A DNA stretch of 64,000 nt from an uncultured Gemmatimonadales bacterium (GTDB taxonomy: Bacteria; Gemmatimonadota; Gemmatimonadetes; Gemmatimonadales; GWC2-71-9). Of this stretch, positions 9,166 to 19,430 are shown piece after piece. The notes under the pieces were generated by a model. It saw only the letters and a program-made list of their open reading frames with translations, did no database searches and had not been told where the DNA came from. Numbering within the stretch: position 1 is the stretch's first letter; each line of letters opens with the position of its first letter. The translations under genes were made by a program, and so were the position numbers. The DNA lies in assembly GCA_963730185.1 (NCBI GenBank), contig CAVSQW010000007.1, positions 1 through 64,000 on the forward strand. Reading direction: 5' to 3'.

Positions 9166-10896
9166 ATGCCGACGCCATCCCTTCCCCGCCGCGACTTCGT
9201 AGCCGGGGTTGCCGCCGCCGCCTTGTTCTCCGCCCGCCGCCAAGCGGGCTGGGCCCTGCCGGACGTCGCGGACTTCATCCTCTACAACGGGCAGGTCCAC
9301 ACCGTCGATCCGCGGGACACGGTCGCCGAGGCGATCGCGGTCGGCGGCGGGAAGGTGATGGCCGTCGGCCCCACCGACCTGGTTCGGAAGCTCGGTGGAC
9401 GCCGGACTACGGCCATCGATCTCCGCGGCCGGACGGTCCTTCCCGGCATCAACGATTCCCACCTGCACCTGGCGTACTGGGGGATGAGCCGCCCCCCGCT
9501 CACCCTCGACGTCGGCTATCCGACGGTCAAGTCGATCGCCGACGTGGCGGAGACGGTGCGGAAGGCCGTGGCCGGCCGGACGCCGGGCGAGTGGATCCAG
9601 GGCCGGGGGTGGGACCGGCCGTACTTCGCCGAAGGGCGGGCCCCGACCCGGGCCGACCTGGACCGGGTCGCGCCCGACAACCCGGTGTTGCTCACCGAGT
9701 TCAGCGGCCACGCGGTGTGGGTCAACACCCGGGCGCTCGAGGCGGCCGGAATCACGGCCGCCACCGACGCGCCGGAGGGCGGGGTGATCGTCAAGGACGC
9801 GCGGGGCGAGCCGACCGGCGTGCTGTTCGAAGGCGCCGCCGGCTTGGTGCGGCGGGTGGTCCCGCCACCCAGCCTGGCGGAGCGGGTCCGGGCCGTGGAG
9901 GCCGGCATCGCCTCGATGCAGGCGCTCGGCATCACCAGCGCCACGGAGCCGGGCCTCGATCAGGGGACCATCGACCTCTACGCCGAGAAGGCCGCCCGGG
10001 GCACGCTCGGGTGCCGGGTTACGGTGCTGGTCCAGGGCGGGCGCTCGCTCGACGCCGTCCGGGCCGCGATCGCCGCCAACCGGCCCCGGCCGGGGCTGGA
10101 TCCGCGGCGGCTCCGAGTGGCGGGCATCAAGTTCTACGCCGACGGCATCCCGACCAACAACAAGACGGCCTGGCTGTACCAGCCCTACGAGGGCGGCGGC
10201 AATGCCCCGATGGTGGTGCGGGGCGACACCGACGAGGAGCGGGTGGCGGAGCTGGCCGCGATGATCGCCGCCGCCCACCGGGCCGGCCTGCAGGTCGGCA
10301 CCCACGCCACCGGCGACCAGGCGATCGACGCGGTGGTGAACGGATACCTGGCGGCGATGGCCCAGACCCCGAGGCCCGACCCCCGGCACTACGTGATCCA
10401 CGCCGACCTGGTCAGCCCGGCAACGCTGGCCCGGATGGCCGGGGCGGGCATCGGCGCCAACTTCAATCCCGCGATCAAGTACCTGATCGCGGACGGCCAG
10501 CGCTCGAGCATCGGTCCGGTGCGGGCCGCCTACGAGTGGCCGTTCCGGACCGCGCTGGACGCCGGGGTCCGGGTGGCAAGCGGGTCGGACGCCCCGGTGA
10601 CCGACGGGAACTGGCGGCAGGGCCTGGCCACTTGCGTGCTCCGGGAGGGGAAGCAGTCGGGACACGTGTCGGGGCCGGACCAGCGGATCACGTTGTCGGA
10701 GGCGATCCGGAGCCACACCCTGACGGGGGCATGGCAGGACTTTGCGGAGGGGTGGAAGGGCAGCCTGGAGCGGGGTAAGGTGGCCGACCTCTGCGTGCTG
10801 GACGGCCCGCTCGATCGGATCGATCCCCACGCCATCCCGACGCTCCCCGTCGACCTCACGATGGTCGACGGAGAGGTCGTGTTTGGGACGAAGTGA
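9166..10896 (+). CDS. Tat-exported amidohydrolase 3 (YtcJ-like), second copy
   Basis: PRRDFV Tat motif; PGINDSHLH, KFYADG, HATGD, VIHAD, GSDAP, GKVAD. Confidence 0.9.
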   Translation: MPTPSLPRRDFVAGVAAAALFSARRQAGWALPDVADFILYNGQVHTVDPRDTVAEAIAVGGGKVMAVGPTDLVRKLGGRRTTAIDLRGRTVLPGINDSHLHLAYWGMSRPPLTLDVGYPTVKSIADVAETVRKAVAGRTPGEWIQGRGWDRPYFAEGRAPTRADLDRVAPDNPVLLTEFSGHAVWVNTRALEAAGITAATDAPEGGVIVKDARGEPTGVLFEGAAGLVRRVVPPPSLAERVRAVEAGIASMQALGITSATEPGLDQGTIDLYAEKAARGTLGCRVTVLVQGGRSLDAVRAAIAANRPRPGLDPRRLRVAGIKFYADGIPTNNKTAWLYQPYEGGGNAPMVVRGDTDEERVAELAAMIAAAHRAGLQVGTHATGDQAIDAVVNGYLAAMAQTPRPDPRHYVIHADLVSPATLARMAGAGIGANFNPAIKYLIADGQRSSIGPVRAAYEWPFRTALDAGVRVASGSDAPVTDGNWRQGLATCVLREGKQSGHVSGPDQRITLSEAIRSHTLTGAWQDFAEGWKGSLERGKVADLCVLDGPLDRIDPHAIPTLPVDLTMVDGEVVFGTK

Positions 10897-12342
10897 TCAG
10901 GCGCGGGAGATCAGGAACTCCTGGATCTTCCCGTCCGGCGACCGGTACATCAGGGCCTGCGCCGGGGTCGAGCCCACTGTGAACCGGATGCTGGTGACCT
11001 CCATGCCCCCGCGCTCGCGACTGGGACCGACCGTGATGTCGGTGATCCGGCCCAGGGCGCCGAGCGATGCTTTGGCCGCGGCCAGCCGGTCGGCCGTCAT
11101 GTAGGCGTCGAAATCGGGGCTCAGCGCCGAGCGGTCGATCTCGCCCCGGGCCAGCCGGTCCAGGAACGCCTTGGCGACCTCGAGCGGCGCCGCCCCCTGG
11201 ACCACGGGCACGTCGACCTGGGGGAGGAGCTTGGACAGGAGCTCGTTCCGGAGCGGGCCGATCGAGCCGAAATCGGTGTTGGCCAGGAGCACCAGGGCCG
11301 AGCGGGTGGCCGGGACGATCGCGTTCTGGGCCACGAACCCGGCCACCGCGCCGCCGTGGGAGAGCACCACCGCGTCACCCCGGTCGCCCACGCCCTGGCC
11401 GCAGCCATAACCCGTCGACCGGCCGTCGGTGAGCCGCCGGGCGGTGGCCAGGACGTGGTACGACGCCGGCGTCAGCACCTTGCCGCCGGCCAGGGCCAGA
11501 TCCCAGGTGAGGAGGTCGGTCGGGGTCGACCAGATGGCGCCGGCACTGCCTACCCATCCGTCGGCCTCGGGCTCGGCCGCGATCGGCGCGCCCAGCGCGA
11601 ACGAGGTGTAGCCGGTTGCCAGGCCGGCCTCCGACCGGTCCGGGCCGAACCGGGTGTGCGCCAGGCCGACCGGGTCGAGGATCTTTTCCTTGATCAGCTC
11701 GCCGATCGGCTTGCCGCTCACCTTCGAGGCCACCTGGCCCAGAATCAGGAAGTTGGTGTTGCTGTACGACCACCGGCTGTCGGGCTCGAAGTCGAGCGGC
11801 CGGGTGGCGTACTCGGCGATGATGCTGTCGGCCGGGGTGGCCTTCTGCATCTCGGTGTCGACGAAGTCGAGCGGATAGTAGTCGCGATACCCCGAGACCA
11901 TCCCGCCCAGCTGCTGGAGCGAGATGTCGCTCGCCCGGGTCAGGTTGGGATAGTACTTGGCAACCTTGTCCGACATCGAGAGCTGGCCGGCCTCGGCCAG
12001 GAGCAGCACGGTCGAGCAGGTGAACTGCTTGGTGACCGACCCGATCGCGAACATCGTCTCGGGCGTCACCGAGTCGCCGGTGGCCAGGTTCGCTTTGCCG
12101 TACCCCCGCGCGAACACCACCTTGCCGTTCTGGGCGATGCCGACCGACAGGCCGACCATCCCCTCGGCGGCCACGGCCTTCGTGATCAGCGCGTCGACCT
12201 CGGCGGGATCGATCGGCTTGGCTGTGGCGGTGGCCATTTCCCAGGGGGCCTGGGTGGTGGCGGCCGGCGTCTGGGCAGCCGGCTGAGCGCACGCGGCGAG
12301 CGCCAGCAGCGCGAAGCCGCCGGCGGGGACCCGTTGGTACAT
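10897..12342 (-). CDS. Serine hydrolase (beta-lactamase/AmpC-like family), lipoprotein
   Basis: Lipobox LAAC; SxxK (GSVTKQF), YSN and HGG motifs. Confidence 0.88.
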   Translation of the reverse strand: MYQRVPAGGFALLALAACAQPAAQTPAATTQAPWEMATATAKPIDPAEVDALITKAVAAEGMVGLSVGIAQNGKVVFARGYGKANLATGDSVTPETMFAIGSVTKQFTCSTVLLLAEAGQLSMSDKVAKYYPNLTRASDISLQQLGGMVSGYRDYYPLDFVDTEMQKATPADSIIAEYATRPLDFEPDSRWSYSNTNFLILGQVASKVSGKPIGELIKEKILDPVGLAHTRFGPDRSEAGLATGYTSFALGAPIAAEPEADGWVGSAGAIWSTPTDLLTWDLALAGGKVLTPASYHVLATARRLTDGRSTGYGCGQGVGDRGDAVVLSHGGAVAGFVAQNAIVPATRSALVLLANTDFGSIGPLRNELLSKLLPQVDVPVVQGAAPLEVAKAFLDRLARGEIDRSALSPDFDAYMTADRLAAAKASLGALGRITDITVGPSRERGGMEVTSIRFTVGSTPAQALMYRSPDGKIQEFLISRA

Positions 12343-12439
12343 GCGGTTGTCTCCTGGGTGGATCAGGGTGCGGCGTTGTGGTTGCGACGGCGACGGTGTC
12401 GGTCGGGGGGCGCGGCCGTCGTCCGCGACCCCCGACGGC

Positions 12440-14641
12440 TTAGGCCCAGCGCAGGCCCTCACGCGAGAGCGGCAACGACCTGACCCGCTTGCCCGTGGCC
12501 GCGAAGATCGCATTGGCCAGGGCCGGCACCACCGGCGGCAGGGCCGGCTCGCCCAGCCCGGTCGGCGGATGGTCGGTGCGGAGGAAATGCACCTCCACCG
12601 GCGGCGCCTGCGCCAGCCGGATCAGCGGGAAGTCGTGGAAGTTGCTCTGGGTGGTCCGGCCCCGGTCGATCGTGATCTCCTGGCCGAGCGCTTCGGAGAT
12701 CCCGTCGAGCACGGCGCCCTGGACCTGATTCATGGCGCCGCTCGGGTTCACGATCTGGCTGCCGACGTCGCCGGCCACCCAGACCTGGTTGACCCGGAAG
12801 CCGCCATTGCCCTTGTCCGTGACCTCCACCACCTCCGCGAAGTAGCCGCGGTGGCTGTAGTGGAAGGCCACGCCGAGCCCGGTGCCCTTGGGGAGCGTCC
12901 GCTTGCCCCATCCGGACTTCTCGCGGACCAGCTCCAGCACCCCTCGCATCCGGCCGGCATCGTAGACCGGGCGGCCCTGATCGTCGGTGACCATCCGGGG
13001 CGGGCCGAGCAGGTCGAGCCGGAAGTCGATCGGGTCGCGGCCGGCGGCGTGAGCGAGCTCGTCGATGAACGAATGAAAGACGAAGGCCAGCGCGTTGCTG
13101 CCCGGGGCCCGGAGCGGACCGGTCGGCACGCCGAGCGGAATGAGCGACGCTCCCAGCGCGAAGTTGGGCACGAAGCGGGACGGGAACTCGTTGGGCGACA
13201 TCGCGGAGCTCGAGGCGAACCGGTCGCCCTCGCCGAAGCTCACGAAGTGATCGCGCCAGGCCACCAGCTTGCCCGTGGCGTCCACGCCCGCTTTCAGGAA
13301 GTGGAAGCCGGCCGGCCGGTAGAAGTCGTGCTGGATGTCGTCCTCGCGGGTCCAGACCAGCTTGACCGGCGCGCCCGCCGCCTTCGAGATCGCGGCGGCC
13401 TCGACCATGTAGTCGTTCGCCAGCCGGCGGCCGAAGCCGCCGCCGGAGCGGGTCATGTGGATGGTGATGTCGGCCGGGGCCAGGCCGAGGGTCTTGGCCA
13501 CCAGCTGGCGGCCGGGCTCGGGGTTCTGGGTCGGCGCCCAGATCTCGAGCTTGCCGCCCGAGAAGCTGGCGGTGCAGTTCTGGGGCTCGAGCGGCGCGTG
13601 GGCCAGGAAGGGATAGGAGTAGGCGGCCTCGACCGTCTTGGCCGCCCCCGCCAAGGCGCCGTCGGGATCGCCCTCGGTCCGGAGCATCCGGGCCGGCGGC
13701 TGCTGGCTCAGCGCGGCCGCCTGGTCCCTGAACCCGCTGGTCGACTGCTGAGCGGTCGTCCCCTCGACCCAGCGCACCTCCAGCCGCCGGCGGGCCTTCT
13801 CCGCGTTCCACCAGGTGTCGGCGATCACGGCGACGCCGTCCAGCAGTCCGCTCAGCTCGCTCCCGCCTTCGATGACGAGCGCCTTCTTGACCCCGGGCAT
13901 CGCGGAGATCACGTCGAGGTTGAGGTCGCCGACCTTCCCGCCGAACACCGGACACTTCTGGTAGACGGCGTAGAGCATGCCCGGCACCTTCACGTCGATG
14001 CCGTAGAGCGGCTTCCCGGTCACGATCAGAGGGTTGTCGACTCCGCCGATCGGGGTGCCGATGATCGTGAAGTCTTTCGGGTCCTTGAGGGCGACGGTCT
14101 TGAGGTCGGGCGTCGGCATGGTGGCGGCCTTGGTCGTGAGCTCGCCGTACCCCGCCTTCCGGCCCGACGCCCGGTGGAACACCGTGCCGGACGCGGTGGT
14201 GCACTCGGACGCCGGCACGCCCCAGGTCGCGGCGGCCGCGGCCACCAGCATCTGCCGGCCGGCCGCGCCCACCCGGCGGAGCTCGTCGTAGTTGATCGGC
14301 GTGGCGGTGCTGCCGCCGGCGAACTGGCGGCCGTACAGATCGGAGTCGGCCACCGCCTGCTCCACCGTCACCCGCTTCCAATCGACGTCCAGCTCCTCGG
14401 CGATCAGCATCGGGAGCGAGGTCTTCACGCCCTGGCCAATCTCGGGGTTCTTGCTCAGGATCGTCACCGTGCCGTCGGCGCCGATCCGGATGAAGGCATT
14501 GGGCTCGAACGGGGCGGAGGCCCGGCCAGCCAGTCCGGCGGCGCGGGCGGTGCCCGGCTTGAGGTAGGCGCCCAGCAAGAGGCTCCCGCCCGCGATGGCG
14601 GTGACCCGGAGGAACGAGCGGCGGTCGACGGTGGTGGTCAT
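12440..14641 (-). CDS. Xanthine-dehydrogenase-family molybdopterin-binding subunit (IorB-like), Tat-exported
   Basis: DRRSFL Tat motif; [35 protein letters not shown] motifs. Confidence 0.92.
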   Translation of the reverse strand: MTTTVDRRSFLRVTAIAGGSLLLGAYLKPGTARAAGLAGRASAPFEPNAFIRIGADGTVTILSKNPEIGQGVKTSLPMLIAEELDVDWKRVTVEQAVADSDLYGRQFAGGSTATPINYDELRRVGAAGRQMLVAAAAATWGVPASECTTASGTVFHRASGRKAGYGELTTKAATMPTPDLKTVALKDPKDFTIIGTPIGGVDNPLIVTGKPLYGIDVKVPGMLYAVYQKCPVFGGKVGDLNLDVISAMPGVKKALVIEGGSELSGLLDGVAVIADTWWNAEKARRRLEVRWVEGTTAQQSTSGFRDQAAALSQQPPARMLRTEGDPDGALAGAAKTVEAAYSYPFLAHAPLEPQNCTASFSGGKLEIWAPTQNPEPGRQLVAKTLGLAPADITIHMTRSGGGFGRRLANDYMVEAAAISKAAGAPVKLVWTREDDIQHDFYRPAGFHFLKAGVDATGKLVAWRDHFVSFGEGDRFASSSAMSPNEFPSRFVPNFALGASLIPLGVPTGPLRAPGSNALAFVFHSFIDELAHAAGRDPIDFRLDLLGPPRMVTDDQGRPVYDAGRMRGVLELVREKSGWGKRTLPKGTGLGVAFHYSHRGYFAEVVEVTDKGNGGFRVNQVWVAGDVGSQIVNPSGAMNQVQGAVLDGISEALGQEITIDRGRTTQSNFHDFPLIRLAQAPPVEVHFLRTDHPPTGLGEPALPPVVPALANAIFAATGKRVRSLPLSREGLRWA

Positions 14642-14653
14642 GGCGCGCCTCCT

Positions 14654-15160
14654 TTACCGGGGCGAGCCGGAACGAGCCGGCTGAGTGGACGTGGCGGGCT
14701 GCCCCGAGGCGATCGCGGCCGCGCGATGGATGCCCTCGCGGATCCGGAGATAGGTGGCGCAGCGGCAGAGGTTGCCGTTCATCGCCGCGTCGATGTCGTC
14801 GTCGCTCGGCTTGGGCTTCCGGGTCAGGAGGGCGGCGGCGCTCATGATCTGGCCGGCCTGGCAGTAGCCGCACTGCGGCACGTCGAGCTCCTGCCACGCG
14901 ACCTGGAGCGGATGCGAGCCGTCGGGCGAGAGACCCTCGATCGTGACCACCTCCGACCCGCCCACCGCGGAGGCCGGAATCGAGCACGAGCGGATCGGCG
15001 CTCCGTTGAGATGGACCGTGCAGGCACCGCACTGGCCGACGCCGCAGCCGAACTTGGTGCCCGGCAGATCGAGCACGTCCCGAAGGACCCAGAGGAGGGG
15101 CATGTCGGGGGGAACGTCGATCGTGCGGGGCGTCCCGTTGACGGTAAGCGTGATGGACAT
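14654..15160 (-). CDS. (2Fe-2S)-binding small subunit (IorA-like)
   Basis: [22 protein letters not shown] and NLCRC motifs. Confidence 0.93.
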   Translation of the reverse strand: MSITLTVNGTPRTIDVPPDMPLLWVLRDVLDLPGTKFGCGVGQCGACTVHLNGAPIRSCSIPASAVGGSEVVTIEGLSPDGSHPLQVAWQELDVPQCGYCQAGQIMSAAALLTRKPKPSDDDIDAAMNGNLCRCATYLRIREGIHRAAAIASGQPATSTQPARSGSPR

Positions 15161-15381
15161 GATTCGACCGCTCCGGGCTGGCGGTGACGCAAGAAATCGG
15201 GCAGCCCTTCCGGGCCGCTGCCGACGGGTCATCCAGGCTCGATCCCGAACTATACACCCGCCCCGGGGGCCTGCCACCCCGCCCGGCTGGCCGGGGCCGC
15301 CGTCCACGCTACCTTAAGGGACTGGCCGGCTCACCATCCCTGGCGACGCCGGCTCCGCTTCCGACCCATCCCGAGGCAGGC

Positions 15382-16482
15382 ATGAGTTCCAAGAAGACCC
15401 ACGGCGTCGAGGCCCGGAGCACCGAGTTCGAGCGCTACGATCAGGTCGGCCGGCCGCACGATTACCGGCTGGCCGAGAGCGAGACCGACGATCAGTTCGA
15501 CGACGAATTCGAGATCCGCACCTGCGACATGCGGCTCTATTACGAGGGCGGGGACCAAGGACGGGCCGAGTTCGCGGCCCAGCTGGGCGGAGCGATGCAC
15601 GAGATCGGCTTCGCCATCCTGGTCAACCACGGGGTCGACCCGGCGCTCCACGCCGCGGTGCCCGAGAAGGTGATCGAGGTCTTCACCAAGCCGACCCTGG
15701 AGGAAAAGCTCCGCTACAACGCCCAGCGGGTGGGCTCGGTCAAGCAGGGCTACTTCCCGATCAAGGAAACGTCCGACATCCATCCCGACCTGGTGGAGGG
15801 CTGGGTCTTCTGCCGGCGGGCCTTCGACCTGGGCGAGCCCCGGCCCGAGCCCTACCGGGTGGGCGATTTCTGGCCCTACCAGGAAGCCGAGCCGTTCTTC
15901 CGGCGGGTGGTGCTGGCCCACGAGAAGCTCATCTTGCCGATCACCCAGAGCATCTTCCGTTACCTGGGCGTCGACCCGCACCACTACGACGAACGCCTGA
16001 CCCGGACCAACTTCGGCTTCCGGCTCAACTACTATCCGCCGATGTCGTCGGAAGACGAGGCCTCCGGCGCGGGCCGGCTGCTGGGCCACGAGGACGTGGA
16101 TCTCTTCACCATCCTCCCCGCGCCCGACGTGGAGGGTCTCCAGGTGCTCAATCGGACGAACGGGAAGTGGGTCCGTTTGATCGCGCCGCCGGGGTCAATC
16201 ATCCTCAATACCGGCGACTACATGCAGCGGATCACCAACGATCTCCTGCCGTCCACGACCCACCGGGTCAGCAAGCCGCGCGATCCCTCGATGCGGGGCC
16301 GAACCCGGGTCTCGTTCCCGATGGCGGTGTACGTCTGGGAAGACCAGATGCTCGAGGTCCTGCCCGGGCTGGCCGACCCGAAGTACGAGCCGATCAAGGC
16401 GATCACCTTCCACACCCGGACCACGTCGAAGTTCTACGGCGACGGCTACGCGGTGGAGGACGCGGGCGGCGCCCGCCCGTGA
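15382..16482 (+). CDS. Isopenicillin-N-synthase-family 2OG-Fe(II) oxygenase
   Basis: GFAILVNHG, RLNYYP, HED (HxD), distal H in TTHRV, RVS (RxS). Confidence 0.88.
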   Translation: MSSKKTHGVEARSTEFERYDQVGRPHDYRLAESETDDQFDDEFEIRTCDMRLYYEGGDQGRAEFAAQLGGAMHEIGFAILVNHGVDPALHAAVPEKVIEVFTKPTLEEKLRYNAQRVGSVKQGYFPIKETSDIHPDLVEGWVFCRRAFDLGEPRPEPYRVGDFWPYQEAEPFFRRVVLAHEKLILPITQSIFRYLGVDPHHYDERLTRTNFGFRLNYYPPMSSEDEASGAGRLLGHEDVDLFTILPAPDVEGLQVLNRTNGKWVRLIAPPGSIILNTGDYMQRITNDLLPSTTHRVSKPRDPSMRGRTRVSFPMAVYVWEDQMLEVLPGLADPKYEPIKAITFHTRTTSKFYGDGYAVEDAGGARP

Positions 16483-17401
16483 TTCGAGCGGGCCTCGCAG
16501 CCCTGCTGCTCACGGCGGCCGCGCCGTCGGTCCGGGCGCCCGGCCGGCTGGTGCCGCTCGGTCCCCACGCCTGGGGCTGGATCTCGGGCGACGATCGCTC
16601 CGCCAACGGGGCCATCTTCGCGGGTGATTCCGCGGCCTTGGTCGTCGACCCCGGCCTCACGCCGGGGCTCGCCCGGGAGCTCTTGGCGCGCGCGGCCAAG
16701 GTAACCGGCCGTCCGGTTCGGTACGTCGTCCTGACCCACTGGCATCCCGACCACGCCCTCGGCGTGACCTGCCTGCCCGATCGCGGGGTGACCGTCTGGT
16801 CGAGCCCGAGCGCCCAGGCCGCGCTCGCCGAGCGGGCCGGCGCCGTGGCCCGGAGCCTGGCCGGAGCTGCCCGGACCGACGCCGAGCGTCGGGCGTTCGC
16901 CGCCTGCATCCCTCGGCCGCCGGACCGGACCGTGGCCGACCGGCACCGGTTCGACCTGGGCGGCGTGGTGGTCGAGGCGTTCGCCCCGGGACCGGCCCAC
17001 ACCGACGGCGACCTGGTGGTCTGGGCGCCGGCCGAGCGGGTGCTGGCCACCGGCGACGTGATGATGCACCGGGCCTGTCCCGACATGGGCGAAGGGTCAT
17101 CCCGCCCATTGGCTCCAGGTGCTCGATTCGCTGGTGGCGCTCCGGCCGGCCGCGGTGGTGGCCGGGCCACTTCGGGCCCAGCACGCCGGCGGACCTGACC
17201 CGGTTCCGGGACTATCTGGCCGCGCTGATCGACCGGGTTACCGTCGCCTATCGTCGGGGCGATCCACCCGACGGAATCGCCCCGGCGATCAAGATGCCGG
17301 ATTTCGCCGACTTCGCGCAGTATCCCCAGTACCAGGCCACCTTCGCCGGCAACGCGGCCCGGGTGCTGGCCGAGCTCGAGAGCGGCGGCGGCCGGCTCTG
17401 A
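16479..17401 (+). CDS. Secreted MBL-fold metallo-hydrolase, with frameshifts at about 17095-17170
   Basis: THWHPDH, AHTDGD, TGD motifs. After the indels it reads ...WLQVLDSL...GHFGP...FRDYLAAL...TFAGNAARVLAELESGGGRL to TGA 17399-17401. GTGA overlap with the oxygenase. Confidence 0.78.
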
Positions 17402-17462
17402 CCGCATGGTCCCGATGGCAGGGGGTCCCGCTCCCGCGCCCCGTCTACCCGGAGGGTATCCG

Positions 17463-19430
17463 ATGTCCCCGACCCGATCGCAGGGCCGACCGGCCTGGAC
17501 TCGACCGGTGGCCTGGATTGCCGCGGCTCTCCTGGCCACCGGCTGTGGAGGGGGCCAACCCCAGCCGCCGACCAGCGTCCTCGGCCTCGGCTCGCTGAGC
17601 TTTGCGGTCACCACCAGCGTCCCCGACGCCCGCCTGGCCTTCGAGCGAGGGGCGCTCCTCCTCCACCTCTTTCATTACCCCGAGGCCCGCGACGCCTTCC
17701 GGCAGGCCGAGGCCGCCGATCCCGGCCTGGCCCTGGCCTACTGGGGCGAAGCGATGGCCTGGAACTACACCGTCTGGAACGAGCAGCAGCCCGATTCGGC
17801 CCGGGCCGCCCTGGCCAAGCTCGGTCCGACCCCCGAGGCCCGCCGGGCCAAGGCCCGCACCCCGCGCGAGGCCGGCTTCCTCGACGCGGTCGAGCTGCTC
17901 TACGGCGACGGGCCCAAGGCTCGTCGCGACACGCTCTACGAGGCCGCCATGGACCGGCTCTCGAAGGCCCATCCCGGCGATGACGAGATCACCCTGTTCC
18001 ACGCCCTGGCGCTGCTCGGACTCAACCAGGGAGTGCGCGACCCAGGCACCTACGCCCGCGCCGCCGACCTGATCGAGCCGGTCTTCCGGCGGAACCCCGC
18101 CAACCCGGGTGCGTCCCACTACCTGATTCACGCCGTCGATGACCCGGACCATGCCGCCCGCGGACTCGACGCCGCGCGGGAGCTGGCCCGATCGTCGCCG
18201 GACGCGAGTCACGCCCAGCACATGACCTCGCACATCTTCATGGCGCTCGGAATGTGGGACGACGTGGTCCGCGCCAACGAGAACGCGATCCGGGTGGTGA
18301 ACGCCGAGCGGGCCCGGGCCGGCCGGGAGCCGAGCTACTGCGGGCACTACAATACCTGGCTCGACTACGGCTATCTGGAGCAGGGCAGGGTGGAGGACGC
18401 CCGGACCCTGACCCGGGCCTGCGAGGCCCAGGCGGAAGCCGCGATGAAGACCTTCCAGGGCGACGCCACCGATCCCGACGCCACCCCGCTCGGGTCGGCC
18501 GTTTTCATCTGGGCTCGCTACGTCCTGGACTCGGAGTCATGGACCGGCGACGACATCGCCTGGAATCCGGGGCTCGACACCGCCACCACCAGCGCGGCCG
18601 CCGACTATCACTTCGTTCAGAGCGTCGCGGCCGCTCGCCGCAACGATCTCGGTGCGGCCCGGCGTCACGCGGTCCGCTTCCGCGCGGTGGAGTCGGCGCT
18701 CGGCACCCGGTTCCGGCAGGCCGGCGAGCTCGCGCCTGAGGACGCCGAGTACCTCCGGGGCCTGGCGGTGCTGGGGCTCGAGCTCGACGGTCTGATCAGG
18801 ATCGGGGCCGGCGACCGGGAGGGGGGACTCGCGCTGCTCCGCCAGGCGACCGTCAAGGAGGACAGTCTGGCCTACGCCTTCGGGCCGCCGGCGGTGCTCC
18901 AGCCGTCGCACGAGCTGCTGGGCCGCGAGCTGCTGGCCGCCAAGCTTGCCGGCGGCGCCGAGGCCGAATTCCGGGCGGGTCTGGCGAGGACCCCTCGGCG
19001 GACGGCGTCGTTGGAAGGTCTGGCCCAGGCTCTTCGGATCCAGCGGAAGACCGGCCCGGCCGACTCCATCGCGGCCGAGGTCAGGACGATTCGGTCCCGC
19101 CAGGGGAGTGATCCCGAGGGGCCGCCCAAGACAGGGCAATCCTCAGAACCACTGGCCCAGGCGGAGGTAGAGCGCACTCCGGCCGGTCGTCGCCAGGCCC
19201 CAGGCCAGGTCGATCGGCCCGACCGGGGTGTCGGCGCCCAGGCCGATCCGGACGCCGGCCAGCCAGTCGGGGGTCTCGACGCCCGGCGTCCAGGCCCGGC
19301 CCACGGCGCTCGTGACCCGGACCTCGATCGGTCCCTTGATCTCGTAGCCGAAGGCGACCGAGCCCATCACCTCGCGGGTCCCGCGGAACTCGCCCAGGTG
19401 GGCGCCCGGGAACCCGTCGACGCCGCCTAA
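17463..19430 (+). CDS. TPR-like helical-repeat lipoprotein with His-rich conserved motifs; true stop probably near 19111
   Basis: GGAGG SD, lipobox LATGC, TPR-like helices, HYLIHAVD and HAQHMTSHIF motifs. As read, it overlaps the convergent gene by 288 nt; one more G in GGGG at about 19103 would give TGA at 19109-19111. Confidence 0.75.
   Translation: MSPTRSQGRPAWTRPVAWIAAALLATGCGGGQPQPPTSVLGLGSLSFAVTTSVPDARLAFERGALLLHLFHYPEARDAFRQAEAADPGLALAYWGEAMAWNYTVWNEQQPDSARAALAKLGPTPEARRAKARTPREAGFLDAVELLYGDGPKARRDTLYEAAMDRLSKAHPGDDEITLFHALALLGLNQGVRDPGTYARAADLIEPVFRRNPANPGASHYLIHAVDDPDHAARGLDAARELARSSPDASHAQHMTSHIFMALGMWDDVVRANENAIRVVNAERARAGREPSYCGHYNTWLDYGYLEQGRVEDARTLTRACEAQAEAAMKTFQGDATDPDATPLGSAVFIWARYVLDSESWTGDDIAWNPGLDTATTSAAADYHFVQSVAAARRNDLGAARRHAVRFRAVESALGTRFRQAGELAPEDAEYLRGLAVLGLELDGLIRIGAGDREGGLALLRQATVKEDSLAYAFGPPAVLQPSHELLGRELLAAKLAGGAEAEFRAGLARTPRRTASLEGLAQALRIQRKTGPADSIAAEVRTIRSRQGSDPEGPPKTGQSSEPLAQAEVERTPAGRRQAPGQVDRPDRGVGAQADPDAGQPVGGLDARRPGPAHGARDPDLDRSLDLVAEGDRAHHLAGPAELAQVGAREPVDAA

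Noticed and set aside
19112..19430. 288-nt convergent overlap as a real dual-coding region
   Set aside because: The extension is non-protein-like, and one missing G in a homopolymer restores a stop before the overlap.
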